64,000 nt of DNA from Candidatus Gastranaerophilales bacterium. GTDB lineage: Bacteria > Cyanobacteriota > Vampirovibrionia > Gastranaerophilales > Gastranaerophilaceae. Position 1 is the stretch's first letter. Each line of letters begins with the position of its first letter. Shown in pieces: positions 61,239-64,000 of this stretch. The stretch lies in contig CALUTK010000001.1 in assembly GCA_944323675.1 (NCBI GenBank), positions 12,806 to 76,805 on the forward strand, given 5' to 3'. A program made the translations under genes and the position numbers. Under the pieces are notes generated by a model. The model saw nothing but the letters and a program-made list of their open reading frames with translations. It was not told the DNA's origin and searched no databases.

Positions 61239-63710
61239 TTAAATAAATTTTGCAGTTTTTGATTTCTTGCAGTGTTTTAGATTTTCAAGAGTACCTGCAA
61301 AAATAATTTCACCTCCGGCTTTTCCGCCTTCCGGCCCCATATCAATTATGTAATCGGCATTTTTAATAACATCAAGATCGTGTTCAATAACAATAACTGT
61401 TGCACCGTTGTCAATTAGTGTTTGAAACACTTGAAGAAGAGTTTGAACATCAAGCGGATGGAGACCTATCGTAGGTTCATCAAATACGAATACGGAATCA
61501 GATTGGGCTTTTCGCATTTCACCTGCGAGTTTCAGTCTCTGGGCTTCGCCGCCTGAGAGTCCGGGTGTCTGTTCACCGAGAGTCAGGTACCCGAGTCCGA
61601 GTTCCTGCAAGACTTTTAATCTCTGATGGACAATCCTTAAATCCTTACAAACTTCCAATGCTGTATTTACATCCATTGCCATAATTTCCGGCAGGGAATA
61701 TGACCTGTATTTAACATTATTGGCAAGTTTTGCGTATCTTGAGCCGCCGCATTCAGGACACGGAATTTCAACATCAGGAAGAAATTGTACATCCAGATTA
61801 ATTACGCCTGTCCCGTCGCAAACCGGACAGCGCAGTTTCCCTGTATTATAGGAGAAATCTCCTGCCTTATATCCGAGGGCTTTTGCTTCCGGCGTTTTTG
61901 CAAAAACTTTTCTTAATTCATCGTGAACATTTGCATACGTCGCAACGGTTGAACGCACATTAATTCCGATAGGTGTTGCGTCAATAAGTTTTATATGTTT
62001 GATTTCAGGTGCTTCAATATTTAAAACATGTTCCGGCAGCGTTTTTTTTGTTGTTAAAGCTTCAAGCGCCGGTACAAGACTTTCTAATACCATAGTTGTT
62101 TTGCCTGAACCGGAAACCCCTGTGACAACGGTCATCTTTCCTTTAGGAAAATCTACTTTAAGCGGTTTTACTGTATGGATTGAAGATGTTGAGAGGCGGA
62201 TTTGTCCGTGCTCAAATAATTTTGTGTAATCCGCGCGGTCTCTTACCTCAACTTTATTTTTGCCGGAGATAAATTTTCCTATTAAGGAGCTTTTATTGTT
62301 TTCAATATCGGAAGTTGTCCCTTCCGCGATAACGAGCCCGCCGTTAACACCGGCTTGGGGCCCCATTTCAATAATCCAGTCGGATTCTTTAAGAATCTGC
62401 GTATCATGGTCTACAAGAACTACTGAATTTCCGTCGGATATCAAGTCTCTGATGACGCCTTTTAAACCCTCAATATTAGAAGGGTGAAGCCCGATTGAAG
62501 GTTCATCAAGAACGTATAAGACTCCTGTTGTCCTGTTTCTGACTGCACGGGCAAGCTGCATTCTCTGTCTTTCTCCTGTAGATAAAGTTGAGGAGGCTCT
62601 GTCAAGTGTTAGATACCCCAATCCTAAATCCATTAATCTTTTTGCGGCACTCAAAAAAGATTCGCAAATACTTTTTGCCATAGGACGCATTTCCTCAGGC
62701 AGGGACTGCGGAACTCCCGTCACCCAGTTGATAAGGTCAGAAAGGGTCATTTTACATGCTTCATCAAGAGAAATTCCGCGGAGTTTCGGCATTCTTGCCG
62801 CTTCTGATAATCTAGTTCCGTGGCAGGAAGGACAAATGTCCTGTTTTAAAAATTTTTCGACGCGTTTCATACTTTTTTCGTCTTTAACTTTTGCAAGAGC
62901 ATTTTCGACGGTATAAGTCGCGTTGTAGTAAGTGAAATCCAGTTCACCCGCCTGATTTGAATTTTTTGCTTTATAGAAAATATGTTTTTTCTCGGCAGGA
63001 CCATTATAAACGATATCTTTTTCCCTGTCGGTTAAGTCTTTAAACGGAACATCTGTTCTCACACCCATTTCGCGGCAGACGTCAACCATCAGCGTCCACA
63101 TTAAAGAATTCCAAGGCGCGACAGCTCCCTGTTCAATAGTTAAAGATTCATCCGGAACAAGAGTAGATTTATCGACGGTTCTTACTACCCCTGTACCCTG
63201 ACAGGTCTGGCAGGCGCCCTGACTGTTAAAAGCAAGTTCTTCTGCCGAGGGAGCGTAAAAATGAACTCCGCATTCTGGACATACTAGTTCCTGTTCAGCC
63301 GCGACCGCAAGAGTGGGTTCAAGATAGTGTCCGTTCGGACAGCGATGGTTTGCAAGCCTGGAAAACATTAATCTTAAGCTGTTAAGCAATTCTGTTCCTG
63401 TCCCGAATGTGCTTCTTATCCCCGGAACGCCGGGTCTCTGGTGCAGAGCAAGGGCTGCCGGTACATACAGAACTTCATCAACCATAGCTTTTTCTGCCTG
63501 CGTCATCCGGCGTCTTGTGTAAGTAGAAAGGGCTTCCAGATATCTTCTGGAACCTTCAGAGTATAATACTCCGAGTGCAAGCGAGGATTTTCCCGACCCT
63601 GAAACCCCTGCGATTCCGACAACCTTATTCAGCGGAATATCAACATCAATATTTTTTAAATTGTGAACTTTTGCCCCGCGGACTTTTATTTCATTTACAC
63701 GATTTTCCAT
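61239..63710 (-). CDS. UvrA-family ABC ATPase, short paralog (823 aa; class II-like)
   Basis: Two ABC modules (GVSGSGKSSLA; GVSGSGKTTM; LSTGERQR; LSGGEAQR) and zinc modules (CPECG, CQTCQGTG, CPSCHGTR, CPVCDGTG...CPECGG). The segment where canonical UvrA carries the UvrB-binding domain is visibly shorter. Confidence 0.8.
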   Translation of the reverse strand: MENRVNEIKVRGAKVHNLKNIDVDIPLNKVVGIAGVSGSGKSSLALGVLYSEGSRRYLEALSTYTRRRMTQAEKAMVDEVLYVPAALALHQRPGVPGIRSTFGTGTELLNSLRLMFSRLANHRCPNGHYLEPTLAVAAEQELVCPECGVHFYAPSAEELAFNSQGACQTCQGTGVVRTVDKSTLVPDESLTIEQGAVAPWNSLMWTLMVDVCREMGVRTDVPFKDLTDREKDIVYNGPAEKKHIFYKAKNSNQAGELDFTYYNATYTVENALAKVKDEKSMKRVEKFLKQDICPSCHGTRLSEAARMPKLRGISLDEACKMTLSDLINWVTGVPQSLPEEMRPMAKSICESFLSAAKRLMDLGLGYLTLDRASSTLSTGERQRMQLARAVRNRTTGVLYVLDEPSIGLHPSNIEGLKGVIRDLISDGNSVVLVDHDTQILKESDWIIEMGPQAGVNGGLVIAEGTTSDIENNKSSLIGKFISGKNKVEVRDRADYTKLFEHGQIRLSTSSIHTVKPLKVDFPKGKMTVVTGVSGSGKTTMVLESLVPALEALTTKKTLPEHVLNIEAPEIKHIKLIDATPIGINVRSTVATYANVHDELRKVFAKTPEAKALGYKAGDFSYNTGKLRCPVCDGTGVINLDVQFLPDVEIPCPECGGSRYAKLANNVKYRSYSLPEIMAMDVNTALEVCKDLRIVHQRLKVLQELGLGYLTLGEQTPGLSGGEAQRLKLAGEMRKAQSDSVFVFDEPTIGLHPLDVQTLLQVFQTLIDNGATVIVIEHDLDVIKNADYIIDMGPEGGKAGGEIIFAGTLENLKHCKKSKTAKFI

Positions 63711-63791
63711 AATATTTTCATTGCAAGTATAGCATAAAAATTATCCGGCAGACTTATTCTTTTATTTTTATAAAAATTTATAATAGCTGTT

Positions 63792-64000
63792 ATGAAAAAT
63801 ATATTTTCCGAAAAAAATAACGGAGTAAATCTTGTCGTCGGGGCGGGCATCTCAGGTGCTGTAATTGCCGAAAGGATTGCAAATGTTCTGGATGAAAAAG
63901 TTTTAATAATTGATAAGAATACCTTTGTCGGCGGCTTGTGCCATGATTACAAAAATCGTAACGGAATTCTTGTGAATAAATTCGGTACACATATATTTCA
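63792..64000 (+). CDS. glf: UDP-galactopyranose mutase, 3' end cut by window edge (not in ORF track)
   Basis: Translation MKNIFSEKNNGVNLVVGAGISGAVIAERIANVLDEKVLIIDKNTFVGGLCHDYKNRNGILVNKFGTHIF. It has a GxGxxG FAD fold and the Glf-typical (V)GG.C.D...GI...K(Y/F)G(P/T)HIF pattern. Confidence 0.75.
   Translation, partial: MKNIFSEKNNGVNLVVGAGISGAVIAERIANVLDEKVLIIDKNTFVGGLCHDYKNRNGILVNKFGTHIF

Overview
The window reads as chromosomal DNA from a low-GC, diderm (TolC, LptC/LptA-like, SecDF), probably anaerobic bacterium with a PerR-rubredoxin-rubrerythrin-flavodiiron oxidative stress cluster. It also carries FliA and type IV prepilin-like proteins. This gene mix fits a non-photosynthetic cyanobacterial relative (Melainabacteria-like), but that is only a guess. 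I support about 60 CDS, including three the ORF track does not give correctly: a 47-aa rubredoxin (absent), a 3'-truncated glf (absent) and a 5'-truncated first gene (the track starts it at an internal ATG, nt 9). There are also 2 tRNA-Ser genes, several intrinsic terminators and three near-consensus sigma70 promoters. Housekeeping blocks: trkAH, a TolC/MFP/ABC efflux pump, galE, ssb, a DUF1537 kinase with pdxA, secDF, dapA, lptC/A-like, dprA, topA, aroE and a UvrA paralog. No CRISPR array, rRNA, integrase or transposase gene was seen.

Four things stand out:
1. A family of at least 11 otherwise unrelated proteins shares a short bipartite N-terminal peptide (M-x-I-x-P-V/I, then h-x-F-[TSGA]-[GS]). 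Seven of them form one divergent locus at 14.6-22.1 kb: ankyrin protein, AAA+ ATPase, degenerate AAA+ paralog, HExxH protein, a TM protein and two unknowns. Dispersed members include a CX5R phosphatase, a membrane-anchored GH77-like protein and a beta-helix repeat protein. I know of no described signal with this signature.
2. Two paralogous glycine-rich proteins with prepilin-type N-termini sit next to a GT-C-like membrane glycosyltransferase candidate at 1-5.5 kb.
3. Four intergenic nests hold GC-rich hairpin repeats. One contains a textbook 300-bp MITE with a 22/23-bp TIR and an 8-bp target-site duplication. Another contains a composite repeat with an expandable CACTCYT heptamer tail upstream of fliA.
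4. An 836-bp AT-rich non-coding gap contains an orphan terminator.

All family names come from motif recognition by eye and need HMM or BLAST confirmation.
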